DNA of 64,000 nucleotides, from positions 694-64,693 of the IMG/VR virus record IMGVR_UViG_2878893965_000005. One strand, given 5' to 3'. Source of the stretch: a virus. Made by a program: the position numbers and the translations under genes. The notes under the pieces were generated by a model. It was given only the letters and a program-made list of their open reading frames with translations. It had not been told where the DNA came from and searched no databases. Of the stretch, positions 18,424 through 26,645 are shown piece by piece (the stretch's first letter is position 1; each line of letters opens with the position of its first letter).

Positions 18424-19224
18424 ATGAGAATAATATTGATTCCTTTGTTTCTGACCCTGACAGGGTGTGCTCAAAAAGTTTGGTATAATCCAGAAAAATC
18501 AACTCAGCAATTTTATGCTGATAATGCAAACTGTACCGCTATGTCTCAAGGAGTGTCTTCAAATCAAATTCAACCATCATATGGTTATAATTCAGCCTTT
18601 GGTTCTGGTTTTGTTCAGGGATTTAATACAACCAATGCTATTATGGCTGAAAATACAAAGAATCAAATTTATTCTGATTGTATGATGGGGAATGGATGGA
18701 CATTAGTTGATAAAAAAAGAGTAAATAGCCCGGCTTCTGAATATCAGGATAATCATGCATCTGAAATTAATTATACTCCTGAACCTAATAATAAAAAGGA
18801 GGATGAAAAGGAAACCTTAGCTAAAGCATTTAATTCAGTGCCTGAATTGTCATCCTGGCAGGAATCTTATCCTCAAAAATTTGAAACGGCAATAATCATG
18901 GACGATATCTTAAGGGATAACCCTTTTTGGGAGTATTCTCCATTATCTGAGCGTTTTCATACCGCCAAGTTGATGACAGATGCAATCTATGGTGATGCCG
19001 CTAAGTTCAAAGAAATGTGCCTTATGGATAACGCGTTGAAAGGAACAAAAATAGAATATAAATATATTCTTGCGTCTATCAGGTCGTTTCATGACGATGT
19101 TCTGGGAAAGTATAATCAGATGTGTTTGGATGGTCATGATTCAGGTGGATCAAAGAGAGTGTATGAACAGATATATGCAGAGGCTAAGTTAATAAGTCAA
19201 GAGTTGAAAAACAAGCGCCATTAA
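18424..19224 (+). CDS. Lipoprotein of unknown function (moron)
   Basis: Signal peptide with lipobox LTGC; low GC. Confidence 0.75.
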   Translation: MRIILIPLFLTLTGCAQKVWYNPEKSTQQFYADNANCTAMSQGVSSNQIQPSYGYNSAFGSGFVQGFNTTNAIMAENTKNQIYSDCMMGNGWTLVDKKRVNSPASEYQDNHASEINYTPEPNNKKEDEKETLAKAFNSVPELSSWQESYPQKFETAIIMDDILRDNPFWEYSPLSERFHTAKLMTDAIYGDAAKFKEMCLMDNALKGTKIEYKYILASIRSFHDDVLGKYNQMCLDGHDSGGSKRVYEQIYAEAKLISQELKNKRH

Positions 19225-19550
19225 TGGCGCTTGTTGCTTTTTAGAATGGGTTCCATGTCATATACTTTATTATCAATTATAGTTTTGATGGAATACCCTT
19301 TGCCCATATCTTTACTAAGAACTACTACCATAGGATAGTAAGCATATCCAAAATCAAGTGAACTACATCTTAGTACCATGTCATTTTCCAGTACTATAGG
19401 TTTTCTGTAGTCGCAACCATCGAAGTTACCGTCAATTTTGCTAACAGCAATTACTGTGTAACCGATTAAATTTTTGTAATCGTAAATATTTTCACCCATT
19501 GCGAAGGTATGAAATGATGCTAATAACAAAAGATATATTATTTTTTTCAC
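19221..19550 (-). CDS. Secreted hypothetical protein (moron)
   Basis: Sec-type signal peptide; two Cys; low GC. Confidence 0.7.
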   Translation of the reverse strand: MKKIIYLLLLASFHTFAMGENIYDYKNLIGYTVIAVSKIDGNFDGCDYRKPIVLENDMVLRCSSLDFGYAYYPMVVVLSKDMGKGYSIKTIIDNKVYDMEPILKSNKRH

Positions 19551-19954
19551 AATAAAATTCCTTTAAGCAGGCCATTAAAATGGCCTGAGTTAAATCTAAT
19601 AACAAGTTCCACCCTTATGATGTGAACCTGTACCGCCATGTGGGTGCGTACCTTTAGGGCAAGCAATTGCATTCACTGACATTGCCCCAAATGCCAGAAT
19701 CAGGATCATCGCTGCGATTTTTTTCATCAACATTCACCTTAGATTATTGCGGTAAAATTGCCGCAAAAATAGCCTATAGCCTTCAGCTCGACTTTTTCAA
19801 TAGCAAGTTACTTTACAATACCAATGAAGCATGTATTATTCCCAGACGAGGCGTCGAAACCTCTTCTCAACGCGGCCAAAACCAACCCCGATAGTGTTGG
19901 ATTTTTTATGCCTGTCATTCTGTGGGCGCATTACGCGAACACACCCCGATTAAT

Positions 19955-20034
19955 GTCGGGAGGGCGACGAATACAACACCCGAAAGGGAAATAAGTCCGC
20001 GGTCTCGTTGAGCCGTTTCGAACCTCCCGGCACC
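19955..20034 (+). ncRNA. IsrK/C4-like antisense RNA 2
   Basis: GUCGGGAGG/CCUCCCGGC closing stem, CCC-GAAA-GGG arm, second arm; complements sites at 19854-19872 and 20051-20068; promoter TTTACA-16-TATTAT at 19812-19839. Confidence 0.7.
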
Positions 20035-20074
20035 ACTCCGATAGTGGTACTTCGAAAAAATCAACGAGGTCATC

Positions 20075-20653
20075 ATGACTAGCCCTATCTCTACAGTTAT
20101 CCCTGAGATAACCATTCACGACAACCGTCCTGTAACCACTTCAGTTTCAGTCGCAAATTTCTTTGGTAAACAGCATAAACACGTTCTGGAGAAAATTCGG
20201 AGCCTTGATTGTTCTCCTGCGTTTACGACGGCCAACTTTTCGACCGTCGCAATAACCACTCAAGCTGGCTTTGACGAACGCGAAACAGAAGCCTACGAAA
20301 TGACCAAAGACGGCTTTGTCTTTCTGGTGATGGGCTTTACGGGAAAAAAAGCGGCTGCGTTTAAGGAAGCCTACATTGCGGAGTTTAACCGCATGGAGGA
20401 AGAGATCCGCCAGCAGAAAAATGACATGATTTTCGGTGACTCCCGCACGCTGGTTATCCACTTGGACGAGCACGGCAATATAAAATCCACGGAAAAGGTT
20501 CCGGATGACTCCGTGGTGTGTACCTTCCAGAGTTTCAAATTCTGGGTTGAACGTAACGGCTGGCTGGTGATCCGCCGTGATGACCTGACGGAGTTATTTA
20601 ACGAAACTCTCAGGAAAATCGGGCTTCCGGCAACACTGACAAATCCGCAGTAG
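20075..20653 (+). CDS. Rha-family regulator (antirepressor-like) 2
   Basis: Same Rha motifs as 9652-10194 and the same C-terminal domain (GDSRT.V.H.DE.GN...WLVI.RDD). Confidence 0.85.
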   Translation: MTSPISTVIPEITIHDNRPVTTSVSVANFFGKQHKHVLEKIRSLDCSPAFTTANFSTVAITTQAGFDERETEAYEMTKDGFVFLVMGFTGKKAAAFKEAYIAEFNRMEEEIRQQKNDMIFGDSRTLVIHLDEHGNIKSTEKVPDDSVVCTFQSFKFWVERNGWLVIRRDDLTELFNETLRKIGLPATLTNPQ

Positions 20654-20716
20654 TTAGCTTATAATCCCTGTGCCAGCCTGAACAACTGGCAACCTGTCGC
20701 GCCACCGGAGAACCCG

Positions 20717-21319
20717 ATGGCGCAATTACAACTGGTCAAGCACACCTCATCCGGGGTACTGCTCCCGGCTACGCCGGAGAGTGGCGAATTTCTGCATTCC
20801 GTGAAAATTGGCGAGTGGATACACGCTGATTTTAAACGTGTACGCAATTACGCCTTCCACAAACGTTTTTTCAAACTGCTACAGCTTGGCTTCGACTGCT
20901 GGACACCTGCTGGTGGCTCATTATCACCGGATGAACTTCAACTGGTAAATCGCTTCGTCGGGTATCTCGTTGAGATGTCCGGTCAACGTTATGGCGAAGT
21001 ATTATCCGCTGCTGCTGATGAGTTTCTGCTGATGGAAGGGCAGTTACGTACAAGGGACGTTGCATTGCTCAAGTCATTTGAACCTTATCGCGCCTGGGTG
21101 ACTGTCCAGGCTGGTTACTATGATGAGGTTATCCTTCCTGATAATACCCGCCGCAGAACTCCAAAATCTATTGCATTCGCCAGGATGGATAAAGATACGT
21201 TCCGGCAGTTGTATAAGGACGTCTTCAACGTCTTATGGAATTTCATTCTGCGCCACAAATTCAGATCACAGCAGGAAGCAGAAAACGTGGCGATGCAGCT
21301 TCTGGAGTTTGCGGGATGA
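20717..21319 (+). CDS. DUF1367-family (NinB-like) protein
   Basis: RNY.FH.RFF.LL..GF and PKSI.FA.MD...F..LY motifs. Confidence 0.75.
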   Translation: MAQLQLVKHTSSGVLLPATPESGEFLHSVKIGEWIHADFKRVRNYAFHKRFFKLLQLGFDCWTPAGGSLSPDELQLVNRFVGYLVEMSGQRYGEVLSAAADEFLLMEGQLRTRDVALLKSFEPYRAWVTVQAGYYDEVILPDNTRRRTPKSIAFARMDKDTFRQLYKDVFNVLWNFILRHKFRSQQEAENVAMQLLEFAG

Positions 21320-21612
21320 AGACGATTTATCGCAGCAAAAATTGGTTGGACGCAGTGGGACAGATAGAACAATACGTCTTGTGTGGCAGGTGGGGGACGC
21401 AGGTCGCCCATCGCAATGAATTAAAGGGCATGGGACTGAAAACCGATGATTGCGCCACCGCTGCGCTTTGCCCGGAATGTCATTACGAAATTGACAACGG
21501 CTGCCACCTGGAAAAAGAAGAACGCAGGCGGCTAATGAATAAAGCGATAGTGCTTACAGTGATTGAGCTTGCCCGCCGTGGGCTGATAATTCCGGCGGTG
21601 ATTAAGGGGTGA
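21316..21612 (+). CDS. DUF968/YbcO-like small Zn-binding protein
   Basis: YRS..WL.AV, AH, A.LC.ECH..ID.G; coupled to neighbours. Confidence 0.65.
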   Translation: MKTIYRSKNWLDAVGQIEQYVLCGRWGTQVAHRNELKGMGLKTDDCATAALCPECHYEIDNGCHLEKEERRRLMNKAIVLTVIELARRGLIIPAVIKG

Positions 21613-22004
21613 TAATGCGCGATATTCAGGAGGTTCTGGAACGATGGGGCGCATGGGCCGCCAATAACCGTGAGGATGTTGTATGGTCATCAATTGCCGC
21701 TGGCTTTAAGGGGCTGATACCAAACAAAGTAAAATCCCGTCCACAATGCAGCGATGATGACGCGATGGTGATTAGCGGATGTATGGCGCGGCTGAAAAAA
21801 AACAGTGAAGACCAGCATGACTTACTGGTTGATTACTACGTATTGGGAAAGACGTTCATAGCACTGGCCAGACAACATTCATGCTCGGATGGCACTATAG
21901 GTAAGCGATTACAGGGGGCCGAGGGTGTTGTCGAGGGTATGTTGATGGCACTGGACGTTAAGCTGGAAATGGACAGGTATGTACAAAGGGAGAACAGTTT
22001 ATGA
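21609..22004 (+). CDS. Q: Late antiterminator Q
   Basis: [14 protein letters not shown]...[17 protein letters not shown]. Confidence 0.85.
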   Translation: MIMRDIQEVLERWGAWAANNREDVVWSSIAAGFKGLIPNKVKSRPQCSDDDAMVISGCMARLKKNSEDQHDLLVDYYVLGKTFIALARQHSCSDGTIGKRLQGAEGVVEGMLMALDVKLEMDRYVQRENSL

Positions 22005-22145
22005 AGGTTTTTACGACATTGCTCACGGGCCTTTCGTGGCCTCTTTTGCGTTGATGGTTATTCACATATTGAACTGGATTCGGGATGCAAAAAACTGCAT
22101 TCGGAAACGCTCATCAGGTGGAAGATCATTTAGCTATTTTCGAAT

Positions 22146-22236
22146 TGTATTAGTGTGATTACCAAGGGATACTGACGGTTTTCACTGGCAGCACTCAATC
22201 AAATCTGACAGTCGGCTTTGAGCGAGAAACGGAAGT
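22146..22236 (-). repeat. Moron-border element copy B
   Basis: Minus strand CTTCCGTTTCTCGCTCAAAGCCGACTGTCAGATT...CTAATACA. Confidence 0.55.
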
Positions 22237-22266
22237 TGGCTACCGAGAATTTGGTGATTCAGATCG

Positions 22267-23304
22267 TCATCGAACATTCTGTGATATCGCCGTCTTTAGA
22301 TCACTAGTAAGCATCTCTGCCTGTTTTTCCAAAGCTTCTAACATAAAATCTTTTTTATCTTGTACAGTAACTAGTAAATAGAATGGTTCACTATTTGTAC
22401 AGGTCAAGCGTGATATTCTAAAGTCATCACGGTGAGGTATTAATGCACGATAATTTCCTTCAGCGATAAACATAAAGCGAGCTTTAGAATTTTCGCTGAG
22501 CCACATATACTTATTATTGCAAAAGAAAGTATCGCGCGTGTCATACTCCATGGCAAATCCGAATCCGAATTTAATGATGGAAAACGTCTGTATACTAAAT
22601 GCAATATATGAAATATAACCAATAAAAAATAATGGAGCGAAAACTGACATTGAATAGCTAATGTCATCAGATGGTGTTGCTTTTACTTTTTTTATTTTTG
22701 GGGCTATGAATATTAAATAAGCAATGCAAATAAAGTAAATGGTATAATAGAATATAAAAATAAAAAGCAATGCTGAGACTGCCGTCATGAGTTTATTGAT
22801 TGTGGTATCAAAAGGAATATCAAATATATTGGAGATTAGCGAGCGTGCAAGATAATATGAAATTAATGATACGATTAGCCATGAGTATTTAATTCCTATC
22901 TTTACTTTAGTGGCTATGTTTTTTTCTTTGTTATCGAACGATTGTATGTGAGATGATATAGTGTATATCATACACAATGCCGTCATAAAAACTAATGCAC
23001 TTGGAATGATGGTGTCGATATAATTAATGACTTTAAAGGAAATACATGTTAATAAGAATAGCAATGCCGACAATAATGCCGCATCTTGCGTTTTTTTATA
23101 ATTCTTTCGTAGGCGAACGGCCAGTTGATTGGATGACTTTTTATTCCAATAATTGTGTACAATTAGCCCACTGAGAATAATCATACCCAACCAAATAACA
23201 ATGGGATATAGAGGCGCTCTCTGAGGCATGATGACGAGCACTGCCATATAGAACAATAGAGAATGAGTGATGCCAAGGTTTAATGAAGAGCGTGTTTTTT
23301 TCAT
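22267..23304 (-). CDS. Multi-pass membrane protein with C-terminal soluble domain (moron)
   Basis: About 6-7 hydrophobic helices, very low GC, between Q and pR'. Confidence 0.8.
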   Translation of the reverse strand: MKKTRSSLNLGITHSLLFYMAVLVIMPQRAPLYPIVIWLGMIILSGLIVHNYWNKKSSNQLAVRLRKNYKKTQDAALLSALLFLLTCISFKVINYIDTIIPSALVFMTALCMIYTISSHIQSFDNKEKNIATKVKIGIKYSWLIVSLISYYLARSLISNIFDIPFDTTINKLMTAVSALLFIFIFYYTIYFICIAYLIFIAPKIKKVKATPSDDISYSMSVFAPLFFIGYISYIAFSIQTFSIIKFGFGFAMEYDTRDTFFCNNKYMWLSENSKARFMFIAEGNYRALIPHRDDFRISRLTCTNSEPFYLLVTVQDKKDFMLEALEKQAEMLTSDLKTAISQNVR

Positions 23305-23466
23305 CGATGACCTTTTTAATAATTCGTTATTCTATTAGATGTTAAGTTTTTTATAACAGAAGCTAACGACATTAGGAAGGTGAGTTTATGATTGAAGAAA
23401 AATTATCCACCTGTTTGAAATCTGTTGTGATTCACAGAATTTGGCCATTTGAAAGTACGATTGAAA

Positions 23467-23550
23467 CTTCCGCTTTTGGCACAGACCTGCCTGTCAGATT
23501 AGATTTAGGTTTGTACCATAGCTGTGTCAGGTCAAGTCTGAGCTAATACA
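23467..23550 (+). repeat. Moron-border element copy C
   Basis: CTTCCGCTTTTGGCACAGACCTGCCTGTCAGATTAG...CTGAGCTAATACA. Confidence 0.55.
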
Positions 23551-23821
23551 TTTGAATTAATGCCTTTCGGCAATCAGCGCATAGCCCTTCACCACATACA
23601 CCCGTCGGCACATAAAACAGATCTATTCTCATCGAAGTAAACAAACTGTAAACATACGGAGTCAGACGACTCATACTCATCACCTCCCAGCCGTCGCTGA
23701 TATCGTTATACTCACGCTCACTTAGCCCCAGAGCCATAGCCAGCTTTGTTTTTTTGATACCCAGAAGCCGGGCCTCGCGCTCAAGTCGGGTTATTGCTGG
23801 CAGGTGATAATCATCTTGCAT
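23543..23821 (-). CDS. XRE-like HTH protein 2
   Basis: RL..E..LLGI....LA.ALG...DLFYVPTG; paralog of the upstream gene. Confidence 0.7.
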   Translation of the reverse strand: MQDDYHLPAITRLEREARLLGIKKTKLAMALGLSEREYNDISDGWEVMSMSRLTPYVYSLFTSMRIDLFYVPTGVCGEGLCADCRKALIQMY

Positions 23822-23834
23822 GCGATTTCCTTTA

Positions 23835-24233
23835 TCAGTGATGAGTTGAATGCTTCCCACCATTTGTAGCTTTCATCAGTTTTTCATATACAGGCTCCAT
23901 CAGTTCGCGCATTTCCATCTGCTCATCAATGGGTAAATCAGCAATGGCATAACTAAAGGCACTCAACATTATTTCATAGTTTTCGCCATTGTTTTCACCT
24001 GTCAGTACGTAAAAGAGATCAAAGCCTGCGTTATCGAGAGCTGCCTGCACCTCACCAGACATTTCGTAAACTTTAAAGTCCGGCTTTTCATCAGCAACGA
24101 CATAGTAAAAATATGAGTCCAGTCCTAGTATCTTCGCCATTTCGTCATCGCTGATACCCAGACGTTTCTTCTCCTTGAGGAGACGTTCTGTTGCGGTTAA
24201 ATCCCAGTCACTCTTTGGTGTTTTTGCTGACAT
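23835..24233 (-). CDS. XRE-like HTH protein 1
   Basis: ERL..EKKRLGIS..EMAK.LG...GFDLFYVLTG; GGAGG RBS. Confidence 0.75.
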   Translation of the reverse strand: MSAKTPKSDWDLTATERLLKEKKRLGISDDEMAKILGLDSYFYYVVADEKPDFKVYEMSGEVQAALDNAGFDLFYVLTGENNGENYEIMLSAFSYAIADLPIDEQMEMRELMEPVYEKLMKATNGGKHSTHH

Positions 24234-24341
24234 GGAGGTTCCTTGTTTGGTTTTGGTGGGTATACGTAAGGAACCTACGATCTGTAGGTGGCATTTTTCA
24301 ACTGAAGATTACCTGAGGGGTGAATCTGGCTACAAAAAAAG

Positions 24342-24433
24342 TTTACGTACGTAAAATTATACGTATTCTGTTAAAAGTGGTCAGTTTGACACAACTCCAT
24401 CATCAAAGCCTCGCCGTAACAGGTGGGGTTTTG
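24342..24433 (+). promoter_or_regulatory. Probable pR' late promoter and tR' hairpin
   Basis: TTTACG-16-TATTCT followed by a GC hairpin with U-tract at about 24406-24433. Confidence 0.45.
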
Positions 24434-24548
24434 TCGTTTCAGAGGGCCACAAAATCAAAGTGGGTCACTAAACGATGTTTTTGTTTTGCTTTTAATCTTC
24501 TGCCTGTTGTAAAACAAAAATATTTATAACCATACAAAGGGTGATGCC

Positions 24549-24743
24549 TTGAGAGTAGAACAAAACCACTTCATGGCCGAAGAAATTGGCGATACGGTTA
24601 TCCAGTTACTTGAGAATGGCAAAAGGGTTACGACAGGCAATATCGTTGATTTGCTTGAGCGGAAACGTCATGCGTTGCATGGTAATAAAGCAGATCAGAT
24701 TAGAGAAATTTTGATATTTATCAGAAAAAAATCAGTTATGTGA
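24549..24743 (+). CDS. Small protein resembling AriR/YmgB
   Basis: IGDTVIQLLENGKRVTTGNIVDLL...KADQIREIL aligns by eye with AriR [24 protein letters not shown]...KADVIRKTL. Confidence 0.45.
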   Translation: MRVEQNHFMAEEIGDTVIQLLENGKRVTTGNIVDLLERKRHALHGNKADQIREILIFIRKKSVM

Positions 24744-24781
24744 ACTTGCCATAAATAACCTGGTGATTGTAGGGTTTTGTT

Positions 24782-24879
24782 GTTGCGGTGAATCCCACTA
24801 GGCGTAGGGGTGTAGTTAGGTTTAGCTTCCACTACTGGCTATGCGGAGAAATCCACCGGGAGGCACCCGGCACCGCAAC
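24782..24879 (+). ncRNA. RNA scaffold copy 1
   Basis: GUUGCGGUG/CACCGCAAC stem, CCC/GGG hairpin, CCGGG-AGGCA-CCCGG hairpin; promoter TTGCCA-18-TAGGGT at 24746-24775. Confidence 0.7.
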
Positions 24880-24933
24880 TTTACAATCCAGTCAATCTTG
24901 AAATGTTTGTTTCGACGTCAGTACAGGAAGGCG

Positions 24934-25059
24934 ATGATGTTGAAAAAATGGTGTGTCAGGCTGCTTCTGCTCTCCAGTTTTTTTTGTGGTGTAGTCATAT
25001 ACTGCGTTGTTATCGAGCGTATAGAGCATGAGCTGATTTTTCTGGGGATAGATGATTAA
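24934..25059 (+). CDS. 41-aa single-TM peptide
   Basis: AGGAAGG RBS; MMLKKWCVRLLLLSSFFCGVVIYCVVIERIEHELIFLGIDD. Confidence 0.5.
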   Translation: MMLKKWCVRLLLLSSFFCGVVIYCVVIERIEHELIFLGIDD

Positions 25060-25104
25060 AAAATTTATTGCCAGACTTAATCTGCAAACAGTAGCTTTTC
25101 CGGT

Positions 25105-25223
25105 GTTGTGGTGAATCCAGCTATGCGCATGGGCGTACAGTCAAATTTCTCTGATGAGAAACGTAAACGAGACCGCGGACTTTGTGACTGGTAAGTCCAC
25201 CGGGAGGCACCCGGCACCGCAAC
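25105..25223 (+). ncRNA. RNA scaffold copy 2 (carries anti-IsrK 17-mer)
   Basis: Same stems; promoter TTGCCA-18-TAGCTT at 25068-25097; 25166-25182 is the reverse complement of 19993-20009. Confidence 0.75.
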
Positions 25224-25229
25224 GCTAAT

Positions 25230-25305
25230 CCGCCACTAGCTCAGCAGGATAGAGCAGCAGCCTTCTAAGCTGTTGGTGCGGGTTCGATTCCCGCTGACCG
25301 CTCCA
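25230..25305 (+). pseudogene. Chimeric tRNA-Arg(UCU)/Gly with unpaired acceptor stem
   Basis: D and anticodon arms with UCU are intact; 5' CCGCCAC cannot pair with 3' UGACCGC, which matches the tRNA-Gly 5' end at 25971. Confidence 0.7.
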
Positions 25306-25331
25306 GAACCAGAAATACGGGAATTAAGTAC

Positions 25332-25433
25332 TCAGAAAATAAACAGCCCGTTTATAGCCAGCATCCAGGCGAACCATATACCTCCCAAAACAATAGCCAC
25401 TAACCAGTAGAGTGCTTGTGCCAGTGCGTTCAT
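25332..25433 (-). CDS. 33-aa hydrophobic peptide
   Basis: AGGAGGT RBS; MNALAQALYWLVAIVLGGIWFAWMLAINGLFIF. Confidence 0.6.
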   Translation of the reverse strand: MNALAQALYWLVAIVLGGIWFAWMLAINGLFIF

Positions 25434-25660
25434 CCGGGGACCTCCTGACTGTAAAAAAGTCCCCGGCACCGGGCAGGTGACGGGGAAATGTATTGGAAGC
25501 AACGTTTTGAGTTATGACCCTCACAAGCAATCGCAACTTATGAAGATGTGAAAACGATAATCATTTGCATTAATGAGTGTCAACGGACTAAGAGTAGGGA
25601 TAATTCCACCCTTGCCGGGAGAGGTTGCAAAATACCACCAGCAAACAGTAGTTTTCAGGC

Positions 25661-25783
25661 GTTGCGGTGAATCCAGCTATGCGCATGGGCGGAAGTGGTT
25701 TCAGGATAGTTAATTATCAAGGTAGCGCGAGTCACGGTCGGCAGCCAGCCAACGACTCACCGGGAGGCACCCGGCACCGTAAC
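25661..25783 (+). ncRNA. RNA scaffold copy 3
   Basis: Same stems; promoter TTGCAA-18-TAGTTT at 25625-25654. Confidence 0.7.
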
Positions 25784-25789
25784 ACTATC

Positions 25790-25865
25790 GGCCCTTTAGC
25801 TCAGTGGTCAGAGCAGGCGGCTCATAACCGCTTTGTCGCTGGTTCAAACCCAGCAAGGGCCACCA
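25790..25865 (+). tRNA. tRNA-Ile2/Met (CAU), ileZ-like
   Basis: Complete 76-nt cloverleaf with CCA; resembles Stx-phage ileZ. Confidence 0.85.
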
Positions 25866-25970
25866 GGCAAGTGTAGACTACTGAATAAGTAGCCTACCGA
25901 CGCAATAGTCTTTCCACGCATGACTATAAATATCGTCGCGGTGACGGCAGGGAAAGACCTGCGTTCATAA

Positions 25971-26032
<62 letters not shown>

Positions 26033-26038
26033 AGACAT

Positions 26039-26114
26039 GCTGGTTTAGCTCCAACGGTAGAGCAGTCGCCTTGTAAGCGAATGGGTAGCGGTTCAGATCC
26101 GTTAACCAGCACCA
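26039..26114 (+). tRNA. tRNA-Thr(UGU)
   Basis: 76-nt cloverleaf with CCA; T loop UUCAGAU is non-canonical at position 58. Confidence 0.75.
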
Positions 26115-26372
26115 TATCCCCCTGTGTAGCTCCGCTGGTCACGCGGCGGCGGCCCATCGTTAAAGGGCAAATTTCAGGCAGAAAAAAACCGCCACAGGGA
26201 TGGCGGGCAGTAAATACTGAACTTGAAAAACAAGGGATACGTCAACACTTGGAGGTCTACACACTCAGCAGAACTGTGTAGCCATCAACACCTTGCCTGA
26301 TTTCTGTGTTTAAGTTAAACAGATAAATCCTAAACTAGTAAACCATGTAAATTATAATGTTATTGTAATGAT

Positions 26373-26501
26373 GTTGCGGTGAATCCCGTTAGCGCGGGGC
26401 AAACTGATCATCTGTGTGTATTGACAATAGTTGCAGCAGACATGAACACGGGTCATGGCAGATCAACCAAAGGCTCACCGGGTAGCGACCGGCACCGCGA
26501 C
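26373..26501 (+). ncRNA. RNA scaffold copy 4
   Basis: Same stems with variant CCGG-GUAGCGA-CCGG; extended -10 TGt-TATTGT at 26358-26366; terminator 20 nt downstream. Confidence 0.7.
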
Positions 26502-26521
26502 ACTACAATACCAGGGAAAAC

Positions 26522-26548
26522 AAAGGCTACTTCGGTAGCCTTTTTCTT
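26522..26548 (+). terminator. Intrinsic terminator
   Basis: AAAGGCTAC-TTCG-GTAGCCTTT plus U-tract. Confidence 0.8.
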
Positions 26549-26645
26549 TGGGCAAAAAAATACCCGGTCAGAGAACCGGGCTGGAATGACGAAATAGCGT
26601 CTAAATGAGTATTTACGAGTTTTGCCTCATAGGGTTAAGGCACGT

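Noticed and set aside
20023-25206. Scaffold CCGGGAGG complementary to the IsrK-like CCUCCCGG
   Set aside because: 8 nt, both buried in stems, and in the wrong order to extend the 17-nt duplex; noted only as a possible hint of shared ancestry.
25460-25486. CCCCGGCACCGGGCAGGTGACGGGG resembling a scaffold half
   Set aside because: Lacks P1, P2 and the AGGCA loop; more likely a leader hairpin of the 33-aa peptide gene.
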